A DNA stretch of 60,812 nucleotides, counting the filler. It is 6 parts of 6 records of this genome, joined end to end, with 100 filler letters (N's around TTAATTAATTAA, not from the genome) between each part and the next. Parts side by side here need not be neighbours in the genome. Positions count along the whole stretch, not along the records: positions 1 to 6,901 come from SRR2962707_4957; positions 7,002 to 17,218 come from SRR2962707_4962; 4 more parts are not named here. One strand, written 5' to 3'. Position 1 is the first letter of the stretch, and each line of letters begins with the position of its first letter. The notes beneath the pieces were generated by a model. That model was not told the DNA's origin. It did no database searches and was given only the letters and a program-made list of their open reading frames with translations. Shown piece after piece: positions 1 through 9,349 of this stretch. A program made the translations under genes and the position numbers.

Positions 1-788
1 TCTTCGGCTTCTTCGTCGATTTCCATTTCGCTGTCGCGGATCACACGGAATGAGCCGTTTTCGATGAGCCGGAAGTCCGGGAACATTTTGTCGATGAACA
101 AAAGTACCCAATCTTCGAGTGCCAGGAAGCGGATATCCGGTCCAGGCAGTCTTACATACCGCTCAAGCTGCGATGGAATCGGCAGAAGTGCGCGTAAGTG
201 TTCATCGAAGTCCCGGTTCTCAAGTAACAGGACCAGTGAAAAGCCGAAATTCGGAATGAATGGGAAGGGATGTGCAGGGTCGACGGCAAGTGGCGTCAGG
301 ACTGGAAAAACGTGCTCCATAAACTGCTGTTCGAGCCAGACAAGATCATCTTTTGAGACTTCGTTGCGATCCAGAACGAATATATCCTTGGTGCGCAATT
401 CCTTGCGCAACTTGTCCCAGATCGCATGCTGCTGATGCATCAATGTCTGGGCTTGCTGCTGGATGGCTTCTATCTGTTGGGCAGGGGTCAGACCGTCATC
501 ACTGGCCTGTGTAACACCGGCACGAATCTGGCCCCGGATACCTGCAACGCGAACCATGAAAAATTCATCCAGGTTGGCGGCGGATATAGAAAGAAAACGT
601 AGACGTTCAAGAAGCGGATGAGCCGTGTTCTCAGCTTCTTCGAGCACCCGTGTATTGAATGAAAGCCAGGACAGTTCACGGTTCAGTAGATGTGGCTCAT
701 CTATGGGCGGATTGGCAACTTCTCGCCGTGCGTGTTCACCGTCATTCTGAGTGCTGCCAATTGTTCCAGGCGACTTTGTTTCGTCCAT
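1..788 (-). CDS. ppk1: Polyphosphate kinase 1, N-terminal part (runs off window start)
   Basis: Manual translation, not in the ORF track: MDETK...LLNRELSWLSFNTRVLEEA...ERLRFLSISAANLDEFFMVRVAG...LTPLAVDPAHPFPFIPN, canonical PPK1 motifs. Confidence 0.95.
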   Translation of the reverse strand, partial: MDETKSPGTIGSTQNDGEHARREVANPPIDEPHLLNRELSWLSFNTRVLEEAENTAHPLLERLRFLSISAANLDEFFMVRVAGIRGQIRAGVTQASDDGLTPAQQIEAIQQQAQTLMHQQHAIWDKLRKELRTKDIFVLDRNEVSKDDLVWLEQQFMEHVFPVLTPLAVDPAHPFPFIPNFGFSLVLLLENRDFDEHLRALLPIPSQLERYVRLPGPDIRFLALEDWVLLFIDKMFPDFRLIENGSFRVIRDSEMEIDEEAE

Positions 789-967
789 ACCATCAGCCAA
801 TCATCATGTGTCTATTAAGACATGATATCAGCTACCGATATCCAATGTCACTGAGTGGAATTATGACAATTATAAAACCAAAACTTTAATTGAAGCCGCA
901 TGTCCAGACTGGAGTTGAGGGCTGGGAGCGTGTTCTAATGACGTTGAAGTTTTTCGGGAGGATCATC

Positions 968-1357
968 GTGTTGAAACGGCTAGTGGCATCAGTTTTCACG
1001 ATATGTCTGCTGGTGGGGGTGGCTGGCTCAGCCCAGGCGAATATCTCACTGGCCGATTACATGGCATTACGTGCTGAAGCAAAGGCTGGCAACAAAGGCG
1101 CAGAAGCCCGCTGGCGATATTACATCATCGGCTTGATGGATGGTATTCAGGCGGTCCAGGCGCCTGCATCAGCCACCGGGACCAAGCTTCATTTTTGCAT
1201 GCCCGACTCGCTACCGATGTCGCCTAGATTTCTGGACGAGTTTATTCAGGAAGCTATTGCGCGGCTGAGTGCCAAAGGAGCGCTCAAGAACCGCATCAAA
1301 CAACCGATGGCGGTTCTTGTCGCACTCGAATTGAAGAACGCGTTCCCCTGTCAGTAA
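968..1357 (+). CDS. Secreted Rap1a/Tai-like small protein
   Basis: GTG after GGGAGGA RBS; signal peptide ending AQA; YIIGLMDG...FCMP...ALELKNAFPC pattern resembles the Rap1a family. Confidence 0.55.
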   Translation: MLKRLVASVFTICLLVGVAGSAQANISLADYMALRAEAKAGNKGAEARWRYYIIGLMDGIQAVQAPASATGTKLHFCMPDSLPMSPRFLDEFIQEAIARLSAKGALKNRIKQPMAVLVALELKNAFPCQ

Positions 1358-1362
1358 GGAAC

Positions 1363-2142
1363 CTAAAGTGTGCCTGGATAATTACCGCCATCAATCAGGC
1401 AATTCTGGCCGGTGATATACCCCGCCTGTGCAGAACATAGATAGGCACAGTATTCACCGAATTCCGCCGCATCACCCAAGCGTCCAGCGGGAATGCTTTC
1501 GGCACGCCGTTTCGCCATTTCTTCGGTTGAGACGCCTTCTTTCTCGGCATGCATTTTCAAGGTCGTTTTCAGGCGGTCCGTATAAAATGCACCCGGCAGC
1601 AACCCGTTGATGGTGACGTTGTGGCGAACCGTCTTGCGGGCCAGTCCGGCAACGAAACCGGTCAGACCGGCGCGTGCGCCATTTGAAAGGCCAAGGACTT
1701 CGATCGGCGCCTTTACTGAGCTTGAAGTGATATTGACGATTCGTCCGAAGTTTCGCTCGATCATCCCGTCAACAGTCGATTTGATCAGAAAGATCGGAGT
1801 CAGCATGTTGGCATCGACAGCCTTGATCCAGGCTTCGCGATCCCAATCGCGGAAATCGCCTGGCGGCGGGCCGCCCGCGTTGTTGACCAGGATGTCGGGA
1901 GCAGGGCAGGCCGCAAGAACGGCTGCTCGGCCTTCATCCGTCGTGATGTCGCAGGCAACCGTCTGAACGCTGCCGCCGCCGAGTGCAAGGATTTCATCTG
2001 CGGTGGCGTTCAGGGTTTCTTCTGTTCGAGCGCAGATTGTGACATCGACGCCTTCGCGCGCCAGAGACGTAGCGCAGGCTTTGCCGAGGCCTTTTGATGC
2101 CGCGCAGACGATGGCTTTCTTCCCGGCGATTCCCAGATCCAT
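1363..2142 (-). CDS. SDR family oxidoreductase
   Basis: AASKGLG, NNAGGPPPG, LSNGARAGL, GYITGQ motifs. Confidence 0.92.
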   Translation of the reverse strand: MDLGIAGKKAIVCAASKGLGKACATSLAREGVDVTICARTEETLNATADEILALGGGSVQTVACDITTDEGRAAVLAACPAPDILVNNAGGPPPGDFRDWDREAWIKAVDANMLTPIFLIKSTVDGMIERNFGRIVNITSSSVKAPIEVLGLSNGARAGLTGFVAGLARKTVRHNVTINGLLPGAFYTDRLKTTLKMHAEKEGVSTEEMAKRRAESIPAGRLGDAAEFGEYCAYLCSAQAGYITGQNCLIDGGNYPGTL

Positions 2143-2294
2143 TCGTTCCTCCTATGAAATAACCAAAAGTTTTGTCGACTTTATAATTTGAAAAAGCCCG
2201 GTCAATCAGGCGTTTCCGGCGTCATTTTATTGTCACTTGTAATTGCATGTAGTGACGCGAAAGTCGATTTACATCAACAGAGAAGGCAAAAAAT

Positions 2295-3350
2295 GTGCTG
2301 ATTGCGATCGCCACCGACGCTTGGTATCCGCAACCGAATGGCGTGGTCCGGGTCGTTGGGACTGTGCGTGACAGGCTCCTGGCCCGTGGGCATGACGTGC
2401 AGGTCATTTCTCCCGACCAATTTCGAACAGTACCTTGTCCGACATATTCAGAAATTAGACTGGCCGTTCATCCTGCGCGGAAGGTCGCCCGGTGGCTCAC
2501 TGAGCTGAAGCCAGATTGCGTGCATATCGCGACGGAAGGACCGATCGGCAGTGCCGCACGGTCATTTTGCCTGAAGAACGGCTGGCCGTTCTCGACGGCC
2601 TTTCATACCAAGTTTCCTGATTATGTTAAGGCCCGAACAGGTCTTCCACTTGATTGGCTCTACAAGGGGGCTCGCCGCTTCCATGACAGGTCGGGGGCTG
2701 TGATGATTCCGGCACCTGCGGTTTTCCGGGAACTGGAGGATCGGGGATTTAAAAACCTGAAACTGTGGTCGCACGGTGTTGATACGAATGTGTTCAAGCC
2801 GATGGCGAAGGATTACCTGGATCTCCCAAGGCCGATATTCATGTTTATCGGTCGGGTCACGGTCGACAAAAATCTGCCGGCGTTTCTTGATCTTGAGCTT
2901 CCTGGAACAAAGGTTGTCGTCGGCAGCGGCCCAGCCCGTGATCAGCTCATGAAACGGTACCCAGAAACACCGTTTTACATTGCCGAGAACGATGCCGAAC
3001 TGGCGAAATATTATAATGCGGCAGACGTATTCGTTTTCCCGTCTTTGACCGATACCTTTGGTCTGGTGATGCTTGAAGCGCTCGCCTGCGGTGTGCCGGT
3101 TGCAGCTTTTCCGGTAACGGGGCCTCTTGATGTGATCGGGGCGGATGGACCTGGTGTTCTGGACAAGGACCTTGCTAAAGCCGCGATCCAGGCACTGGAA
3201 ACCATCAATCCCGAGGCGTGCCGTGCATGGGCGCTCGAATTCTCATGGGACAGGGTTGCGGATCAGTTTCTGGCGTATCTTCAGCCGATTAAACAAGGTC
3301 CTGATGGTCAGCCTGTGAACCCAGAACTTCACGCGCAAGCGGCACCGTAA
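2295..3350 (+). CDS. GT4 family glycosyltransferase
   Basis: TDAWYPQPNGV, HIATEGPIG, DTFGLVMLEALACG. Confidence 0.92.
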   Translation: MLIAIATDAWYPQPNGVVRVVGTVRDRLLARGHDVQVISPDQFRTVPCPTYSEIRLAVHPARKVARWLTELKPDCVHIATEGPIGSAARSFCLKNGWPFSTAFHTKFPDYVKARTGLPLDWLYKGARRFHDRSGAVMIPAPAVFRELEDRGFKNLKLWSHGVDTNVFKPMAKDYLDLPRPIFMFIGRVTVDKNLPAFLDLELPGTKVVVGSGPARDQLMKRYPETPFYIAENDAELAKYYNAADVFVFPSLTDTFGLVMLEALACGVPVAAFPVTGPLDVIGADGPGVLDKDLAKAAIQALETINPEACRAWALEFSWDRVADQFLAYLQPIKQGPDGQPVNPELHAQAAP

Positions 3351-3984
3351 TCCGCCTTTTATCCTGAAGCGCCAATTCATCAGCCTGCCTAACGAAATTC
3401 TGAACGGCTTCAAAAGAGCGTTCGATCCTGGGGACGACGTATTCAAGTACAGGCTGTTCGATCGAAATTTGCCGGTCGGCAAACAGTTTGACCAGAACAG
3501 CCGTCAATAGCATGTCATCAGGGCCGGATATCTGCACAGATGGTGCAGCACGAAGTCTCGACGCAAGATCGGGAAGGACAATCCCCCAGCGTGCCGCCGG
3601 CGTGCGTGCGGTCAACAGTATCTTGCGGTCTCTCTCTCGGGCCTGATTATACAGATGAAACAAAGCTTCTTCTGCTGAAGTGTTGCCGATAAGTTTGCTG
3701 CAATCTTCAACGACGACAGCATCGCAGTCCGGGAAGACCGGTGTTGCATCATTCTTAAGAAGGTCATGGTTGATCTCGTGAGCCCGGCATTTCGTCATGA
3801 ACACCCTTGCCAGATGGGTCTTGCCGGATCCGACATCGCCGCTCAGAACCAAAGCAGGCGCCGGCCAATCCGGATACCGGTCAATCCATGCCACGGCATC
3901 GGCATTCGGGCCGGCAACGAGAAAATCGTCCTCGCCCAGCGCTGGCCTGTGCTCAAGATTGAAGGCAAGTTGCTTGGCGGTCAC
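3289..3984 (-). CDS. hdaA: DnaA regulatory inactivator HdaA (Hda)
   Basis: N-terminal clamp-binding QLAF, Walker A GSGKTHL, LPDLASRL, RIERS. Confidence 0.9.
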   Translation of the reverse strand: MTAKQLAFNLEHRPALGEDDFLVAGPNADAVAWIDRYPDWPAPALVLSGDVGSGKTHLARVFMTKCRAHEINHDLLKNDATPVFPDCDAVVVEDCSKLIGNTSAEEALFHLYNQARERDRKILLTARTPAARWGIVLPDLASRLRAAPSVQISGPDDMLLTAVLVKLFADRQISIEQPVLEYVVPRIERSFEAVQNFVRQADELALQDKRRITVPLAREVLGSQADHQDLV

Positions 3985-5063
3985 TTGTCACCCGACGATG
4001 TATCTTCTCCGCCATGGTAAAGTTCACTTTCCAGGTATTTCTCAAGCCCGAAGCGAACGAGTACGCCACTGACGGCTGCAACCGGAAGGGCGATCAGGAC
4101 CCCCGTCAATCCAAACAGCGCCCCGCCGGCCAGCATGGCAAAAATGATCCAGATCGGCGACAGTCCGACCTGGCCGCCGACCAGTTTCGGTGTAAGGAAA
4201 TAGCTTTCCAGCGTTTGCCCTATTACAAATACACCAAGGACAAGCAGTATCTGCACCCATTCCTGCTGAAATTGAGCAATTGCCATGCCCACGCCGATGA
4301 TCAGTCCGACAGCGGCGCCGATATAGGGAATGACAGCAAGGATACCGGAAGCAATGCCGATCAAAAGACCGGCCTTGAGACCGACAAGGCTGAGGCCAAC
4401 GGCATAAAAAATAGCCAGGACCAGGCAAACGCTTGCTTGCCCACGGACAAACCCCGCCAGAGTCCTGTCGATTTTTTTGACCTGTTCGCGGATCGTGTCT
4501 GCGGATTGACGAGGCAGCCAGCTGTCGACCTTGTCGACGATTTCGTCCCAGTCGCGCAACAAATAGAAGGCGACGAGCGGCGTGATTAAAATCAGCGAGA
4601 GCAGGTTCAGAATAGCGAGTCCGCCGCTCCAGATGTTGGCAATCACACCTGAAAGCCACTTGAAAACCGTGCCCGCATAGTTGCCGGCGGCTTCCTTCAG
4701 ATTGCTGACCGCTTCAGGGGAAAAATCTGCACGCAATTGCTCGAATAAAGGACCAAGAAGTATCTGTACCTGGTCGATCAATGCCGGGAGGAGCTTGATC
4801 GCAGCGGATATCTGTTTTTGCAGGGCAGGGAAAATCAGAACGACGATGCCCGTAACGGCCAGGAAGAAACCCAGAAGAATGATTGTCGTCGCGATTGACC
4901 GTGACAGGCCCATACGTTGCAGGCGGTCCGCCGCCGGATCAAAGAAATACGCAAGGGTGATGCCGACGACAAACGGCAGCAGAACATTGCTCAACAGATG
5001 AAGGATAACGCCCATACCGATCAGCGCGAGAACCCAGATAATCATTCGTTGTTCACGGCTCAC
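3981..5063 (-). CDS. AI-2E/PerM family transporter
   Basis: Multiple TM segments; LAGFVRGQ, IPYIG, LTPKLVG motifs; usual position upstream of hdaA. Confidence 0.9.
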   Translation of the reverse strand: MSREQRMIIWVLALIGMGVILHLLSNVLLPFVVGITLAYFFDPAADRLQRMGLSRSIATTIILLGFFLAVTGIVVLIFPALQKQISAAIKLLPALIDQVQILLGPLFEQLRADFSPEAVSNLKEAAGNYAGTVFKWLSGVIANIWSGGLAILNLLSLILITPLVAFYLLRDWDEIVDKVDSWLPRQSADTIREQVKKIDRTLAGFVRGQASVCLVLAIFYAVGLSLVGLKAGLLIGIASGILAVIPYIGAAVGLIIGVGMAIAQFQQEWVQILLVLGVFVIGQTLESYFLTPKLVGGQVGLSPIWIIFAMLAGGALFGLTGVLIALPVAAVSGVLVRFGLEKYLESELYHGGEDTSSGDK

Positions 5064-5631
5064 GGTTGCTTCCTTCGTTATCTGTATCGGATGGTCGCTC
5101 GAAGAGATGCGCCCTTTTGCTCCAGATGTACACGTAGGCGCCTCCCGAAACCAGTGTTGTCAGCAAGACGGCAAAACTCAATAAAGATACGACGGGGGTC
5201 GCGGGCGTTGCAAATACAGTGGGGAGCATGGCAGCAAGGACCAGAAGCAGCTGCATGGCGGTGTTTGCTTTGCTGATCAAAAGCGGTTCCATGCTTAGTT
5301 CACCCGTCAATTTGTCGAAAACCAGCGCACCGCCGACAATCAGCAGGTCCCGGGATACGACAAGAATAACGATCCAGACAGGCAGCAGATCCTGTGTGCC
5401 GAGAACGATGTAAGCCGATACAAGAAGTGTTTTGTCCGCAATCGGGTCGAGATAAGCCCCCAGCGCTGTTTCCATATTGAAATGCTTCGCCAGAATACCG
5501 TCCACGGCATCGCTAACAGTGGCAAGAAGAAACAGCCAGAATGCCGCCTCAAGCTCACCGCTAATCACCAGCCAGACGTATACCGGGACCGACAGGAGCC
5601 GGGCCATCGAAATCATGTTTGGGATATTCAT
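5053..5631 (-). CDS. CDP-alcohol phosphatidyltransferase
   Basis: NIPNMISMAR, SDAVDGILAK...GAYLDPIADK motif; start placed at MNIPN. Confidence 0.92.
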   Translation of the reverse strand: MNIPNMISMARLLSVPVYVWLVISGELEAAFWLFLLATVSDAVDGILAKHFNMETALGAYLDPIADKTLLVSAYIVLGTQDLLPVWIVILVVSRDLLIVGGALVFDKLTGELSMEPLLISKANTAMQLLLVLAAMLPTVFATPATPVVSLLSFAVLLTTLVSGGAYVYIWSKRAHLFERPSDTDNEGSNREP

Positions 5632-5651
5632 GCGCGTTGACGCGTCTGCAT

Positions 5652-6788
5652 TCAGGTTTTGGGCGGCTGGAAAACACCGATCGGCATGATGACCCATTCT
5701 CCGCTTTCCTGAAGCATGGAGAGGTTCGCCTGTTCAAGGGCGGTGATAAGCTGTTCGGCACCGCCGACGAAATGCACGTTTACGCGAACCTGATCCCGGG
5801 ACATGAGAACGATTTCTGCTTCACGGATAATGCCGACCTTCGAGAACTGATTGCGGATGGCCAGCCAGTCCTTCAGGCCGGTGATGGGGATAGTGACGGC
5901 AAGAACGCCGGTCCCGGTTTCGAAAATCAGATTGCGGCGCTTCCAGATATTTTCGATCCGCCGCACGGTTGCTTCCGTCACACGTGCCATCATGGCATCC
6001 ATCGTTTCGGCTTCGGCTTGGCTATAAGTCTGGGTCTGATATTCAACCGGAATAGGCTCGCTGGGGCGAAGAAGCGTCACTGTCATCGATTGCCTGCCTG
6101 TTGCTGGGTCGGCAATCAGGTTGTTGTGGGCAACAATCGTACCCTGGGCGGCATATCTTTCGGCGATAACGCTCAGTCGATTGATATCGCCGGCCATGGC
6201 TTCACTAACGCCAACCGTTGATATATCTGAAAGATCACCAATCGGGACGATCAGCGGGACCAGGCCTGTCGGTAAATCTCGCACGCTCCACATCTGGCGC
6301 CATGGGTTCGGCTCATCCCAGAGCACAGCACGAGCTCCGACTTCATAGACGGGCAGGACAACCATCGGTTTCGAAGGGGTTTCGGCAAATGGCACGTTAT
6401 ATGATCGCAGAAGCCCGCGGATTTCATCCGGTTTGAAGCGGTAGTTCAAACGCGCAATGTAGCGAACGCTCGATGCCTTTTCCCGGGCTACCGAGAAATC
6501 CCGGACATAAGGGGCGATATCAGCATTAGAGAATTCCGGAATCCGTTCAGCATCCTCGCTCAGCGTCAGGCGGGAAATCAGGACGTAAAAGGCACGTCTT
6601 TCTGCTTGTGCCAGAGCCTGCTGTCGGGCTTCGGCAGCGGTGGCGGCTTTGACGTCAACGCTGACATTTTTCACCTCAAAGACATCCGCACGCGCAAAAT
6701 GCGCTGGCCAGCAGACCAAGGCAGCGATAAACAGCGCTGCCAGTAATCGTCTTGTCGGGATGAAACGCATATGGGCTATAGGCACCAT
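5652..6788 (-). CDS. DUF2066-like periplasmic protein
   Basis: Signal peptide; VSVDV...AEARQQALAQAERRAF pattern; conserved context upstream of pgsA-like/AI-2E/hdaA. Confidence 0.7.
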   Translation of the reverse strand: MVPIAHMRFIPTRRLLAALFIAALVCWPAHFARADVFEVKNVSVDVKAATAAEARQQALAQAERRAFYVLISRLTLSEDAERIPEFSNADIAPYVRDFSVAREKASSVRYIARLNYRFKPDEIRGLLRSYNVPFAETPSKPMVVLPVYEVGARAVLWDEPNPWRQMWSVRDLPTGLVPLIVPIGDLSDISTVGVSEAMAGDINRLSVIAERYAAQGTIVAHNNLIADPATGRQSMTVTLLRPSEPIPVEYQTQTYSQAEAETMDAMMARVTEATVRRIENIWKRRNLIFETGTGVLAVTIPITGLKDWLAIRNQFSKVGIIREAEIVLMSRDQVRVNVHFVGGAEQLITALEQANLSMLQESGEWVIMPIGVFQPPKT

Positions 6789-6901
6789 GAAGTTCTTCTT
6801 TCTCAGCGAGGTGGCCGCTTTTTCTCCCTGATATGCCTTGTTGGCAAAGGGGACGGCGCGTAATTTAGCATACTAACGCCAAGGAGAAAGACCATTACCG
6901 A

Positions 6902-7001
6902 NNNNNNNNNNNNNNNNNNNNNNNNNNNNNNNNNNNNNNNNNNNNTTAATTAATTAANNNNNNNNNNNNNNNNNNNNNNNNNNNNNNNNNNNNNNNNNNN
7001 N
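6902..7001. other. Artificial contig spacer
   Basis: N run with TTAATTAATTAA linker. Confidence 0.99.
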
Positions 7002-7096
7002 ACGCCTTCGGCGTCTCCCTCCCTCTCCCCCTAGGGGAGAGGGGAAGAAGGGTGTCGCCTGCTCCCTCTCCCCGTCGGGGAGAGGGAAGGGTGAGG
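7002..7096. repeat. Two REP-like palindromes CCCTCTCCCC-n-GGGGAGAGGG
   Basis: 7021-7043 and 7063-7087 (latter followed by AGGGTGAGG); small hairpin ACGCC-TTC-GGCGT at 7002-7014. Confidence 0.9.
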
Positions 7097-7534
7097 CGCC
7101 TTTTCGAGTTCGAGGAGGATCATCTCGAGCACGCCATCCGTGTTCGCGAGCACATCGGGATTCCAGAAACGGATGACGCGGTAGCCGCGCAGTTCGAGAA
7201 AGCGCGTACGGCGTTCATCTGCAGGATTGTCCGCATGCTGACCACCATCGAGTTCGACGATCAGCTTTCGTTCGATGCAGACGAAATCGGCGATATAAAG
7301 TCCGACCGGAAACTGCCGCCGGAACTTGAAACCACCAAGGGCGCGATTGCGCAGGCGCTGCCAGAGGCGGAATTCGGCGTCCGTTGCTGGGACGCGCAGT
7401 TGGCGGGCGAAGGGAATGTTCTGGCGCTTCAATTTGTGGCTCCCCCTCACCCTTCCCACCTGCGGTGGGCCCCTTCCCTCTCCCCGTAGGGGAGAGGGAG
7501 ACTGTGCCGCCATTCTTCTTCTGCTACACAGCAA
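7031..7534 (-). CDS. DUF559 (Vsr-like) endonuclease; true start uncertain, probably nearer 7450
   Basis: ARQLR...TDAEFRLWQRLR...KFRRQFPVG.YIADF...VELDGGQH...GYRVIRFWN. Confidence 0.9.
   Translation of the reverse strand: MLCSRRRMAAQSPSPLRGEGRGPPQVGRVRGSHKLKRQNIPFARQLRVPATDAEFRLWQRLRNRALGGFKFRRQFPVGLYIADFVCIERKLIVELDGGQHADNPADERRTRFLELRGYRVIRFWNPDVLANTDGVLEMILLELEKAPHPSLSPTGRGSRRHPSSPLP
7443..7499. repeat. REP-like element: CCTCACCC + hairpin + CCCTCTCCCC-GTA-GGGGAGAGGG
   Basis: Inverted counterpart of the 7063-7096 unit. Confidence 0.9.
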
Positions 7535-7535
7535 C

Positions 7536-8282
7536 TCACGCCAACGTCAAAATCACCGGGCCGTTCTTTGTCGCGACGAGGGAGTGTTCGTATTGGACGG
7601 TGGGGGCGGAGGGGTCGGCGAGGAGGGTCCAGCCGTCGCCCGACTCCGCTGCAAAGTCGCCGCCCATCGAGAGGAAGGGTTCGATGGTGAAGACGAGGCC
7701 TTCCGCGATCACCCGGCGGTCTGACGGGTCGCGCCAGGTGGAGAGGCCTTCGGGTTCTTCATGCAATGAGCGGCCGACGCCGTGGCTTGCGAGATTGCGG
7801 ATCAATGTGTAGCCGCCCTTGTCGGCGAAGCGTTCGATGCTGTCGCCGATGGCGTTGAGACGGCCGCCCGCCTTCACCGCGCGGATGCCTTCCCACATGG
7901 CGCGCTTGCCATCGCGGCAGAGACGCGCGAGCTCCGGGCGGACCGGCGGCACGGTGAAGCTCGCGCCGGTGTCGCCGAAGAAGCCGGCCTTCTCCGCCGA
8001 CACATCTATGTTGACGAGATCGCCGGGGCGGATGATCCGGTCGCCGGGAATGCCATGCGCGATTTCCTCGTTGACGCTGATGCAGGTTGCGCCCGGAAAG
8101 TCGTAGGCGAGTTCCGGCGCGGAGCGCGCGCCTTCGCGCTCCAGCATCGCGCGGCCCATATCGTCGAGCTCACGCGTCGTCATGCCGGGCTCGAGCGCGG
8201 CCCCCATGGCGCCGAGCACCTGCGCGACGATGCGGCCGATGGCGCGGAGGCCTTCCAGTTCTTCTTCCGATGTGACGGTCAT
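7536..8282 (-). CDS. map: Methionine aminopeptidase type I
   Basis: CISVNEEIAHGIP, VNIDVS, GDT, SHGVG.SLHEEP, TIEP, QYEHS; ATGA overlap with upstream GNAT. Confidence 0.95.
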   Translation of the reverse strand: MTVTSEEELEGLRAIGRIVAQVLGAMGAALEPGMTTRELDDMGRAMLEREGARSAPELAYDFPGATCISVNEEIAHGIPGDRIIRPGDLVNIDVSAEKAGFFGDTGASFTVPPVRPELARLCRDGKRAMWEGIRAVKAGGRLNAIGDSIERFADKGGYTLIRNLASHGVGRSLHEEPEGLSTWRDPSDRRVIAEGLVFTIEPFLSMGGDFAAESGDGWTLLADPSAPTVQYEHSLVATKNGPVILTLA

Positions 8283-8794
8283 GGAGCCGAGCCTATCCGG
8301 AAACGGAGGATCGGGCCATTCCACTCCGCCGTCTCGATATCCAGTTCCTCGAAACCGGAAACCAGCGGATGCCCGGCGGCGGCGTTTCGCCAGAACGGCA
8401 GCGCGCCCGCATTCGACCGCATGACGGCGGCCTCCCAGAGACCGGGACGAGAAGTGAAGATCGCATGCGCGGCGGCGGTGCCCGCACCGCCGCGCCGGTA
8501 TCTCCGCGCGATGAAGAACTCCGCCATGTTCCAGTCGGCGGGGAGCCCGCTATGCGTGGCCTTGTTCAGGAGCGCGAAGCCCGCGAGACGGCCGCCGGCG
8601 CGAATGATGAGCGGCTCGCGTCCCGCCTCATGCCAATAGCTGTGGAGCCAGGGATAGGCGAAACGGCCATCGTCGCCGAGCTCACCGCCCTCCCCCGTCC
8701 AGTGGTCGGTGAAGTCGTGGATGTAGAGCTGCATCAGATTCGCGATGACGGGTTTTTCTTCCCGGCTCGCAGGCGTGACGGTGATTTCGGTCAT
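8279..8794 (-). CDS. GNAT family N-acetyltransferase
   Basis: EFFIARRYRRGGAG acetyl-CoA motif; N.GALPFW. Confidence 0.88.
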   Translation of the reverse strand: MTEITVTPASREEKPVIANLMQLYIHDFTDHWTGEGGELGDDGRFAYPWLHSYWHEAGREPLIIRAGGRLAGFALLNKATHSGLPADWNMAEFFIARRYRRGGAGTAAAHAIFTSRPGLWEAAVMRSNAGALPFWRNAAAGHPLVSGFEELDIETAEWNGPILRFRIGSAP

Positions 8795-8845
8795 GAGAGG
8801 GAATGTAACGCGGGAGAACGGCAAAGGCGCACCTTACTTCGTGAT

Positions 8846-8948
8846 CGTCATTGCGAGCCCCCGAAGGGGCGCGGCAATCCAGAGCGGCAGGCACGGAACG
8901 AGCCGCCCCTGGATTGCTTCGCCGGGCTTCGCCCTTCTCGCAATGACG
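8846..8948. repeat. CGTC-tagged palindromic repeat (RPE/REPIN-like)
   Basis: CGTCATTGCGAG (8846-8857) pairs with CTCGCAATGACG (8937-8948); inner GCAATCCAG/CTGGATTGC; side hairpins. Confidence 0.88.
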
Positions 8949-9349
8949 GAAGAAGGGAGAGGGAGAGGTCCGCCGCTGGAGCGCGGCGCACTTGTGACCT
9001 CGGAAAATGCGGATTCATTTCGGAACCGTTGCCGGAAAAGCGCGCCGGGAGCGGCGGGGCCGGAAGATTACAAAAAGGGCATTTTCGGCGGCGGACGCCG
9101 CAACACACCTCCAACTTGCCCGATTCTTTTGCAGCGCACCGCAAACCACCCGGTGAACCGCCTCGATCGCAGGCTGTCTCCCTCTTTCCGCCCGCCCCAT
9201 CCCCGTTTAAAATTTTTGACGGTTCCACGACGGGCTGCGGCCACCTCGCTTGCGCTCGCCGAAAAACCAAGGAACACTGACGATCTCTCGGCCGCTCGAC
9301 CTCACGGCAAGGGCGGGGCACTGACATCTCAAGATGGAGGACGACATCC

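Noticed and set aside
9115-9133. Sigma-54-like TTGCCCG...TTGCA upstream of the transporter
   Set aside because: Lacks the invariant GG and correct spacing
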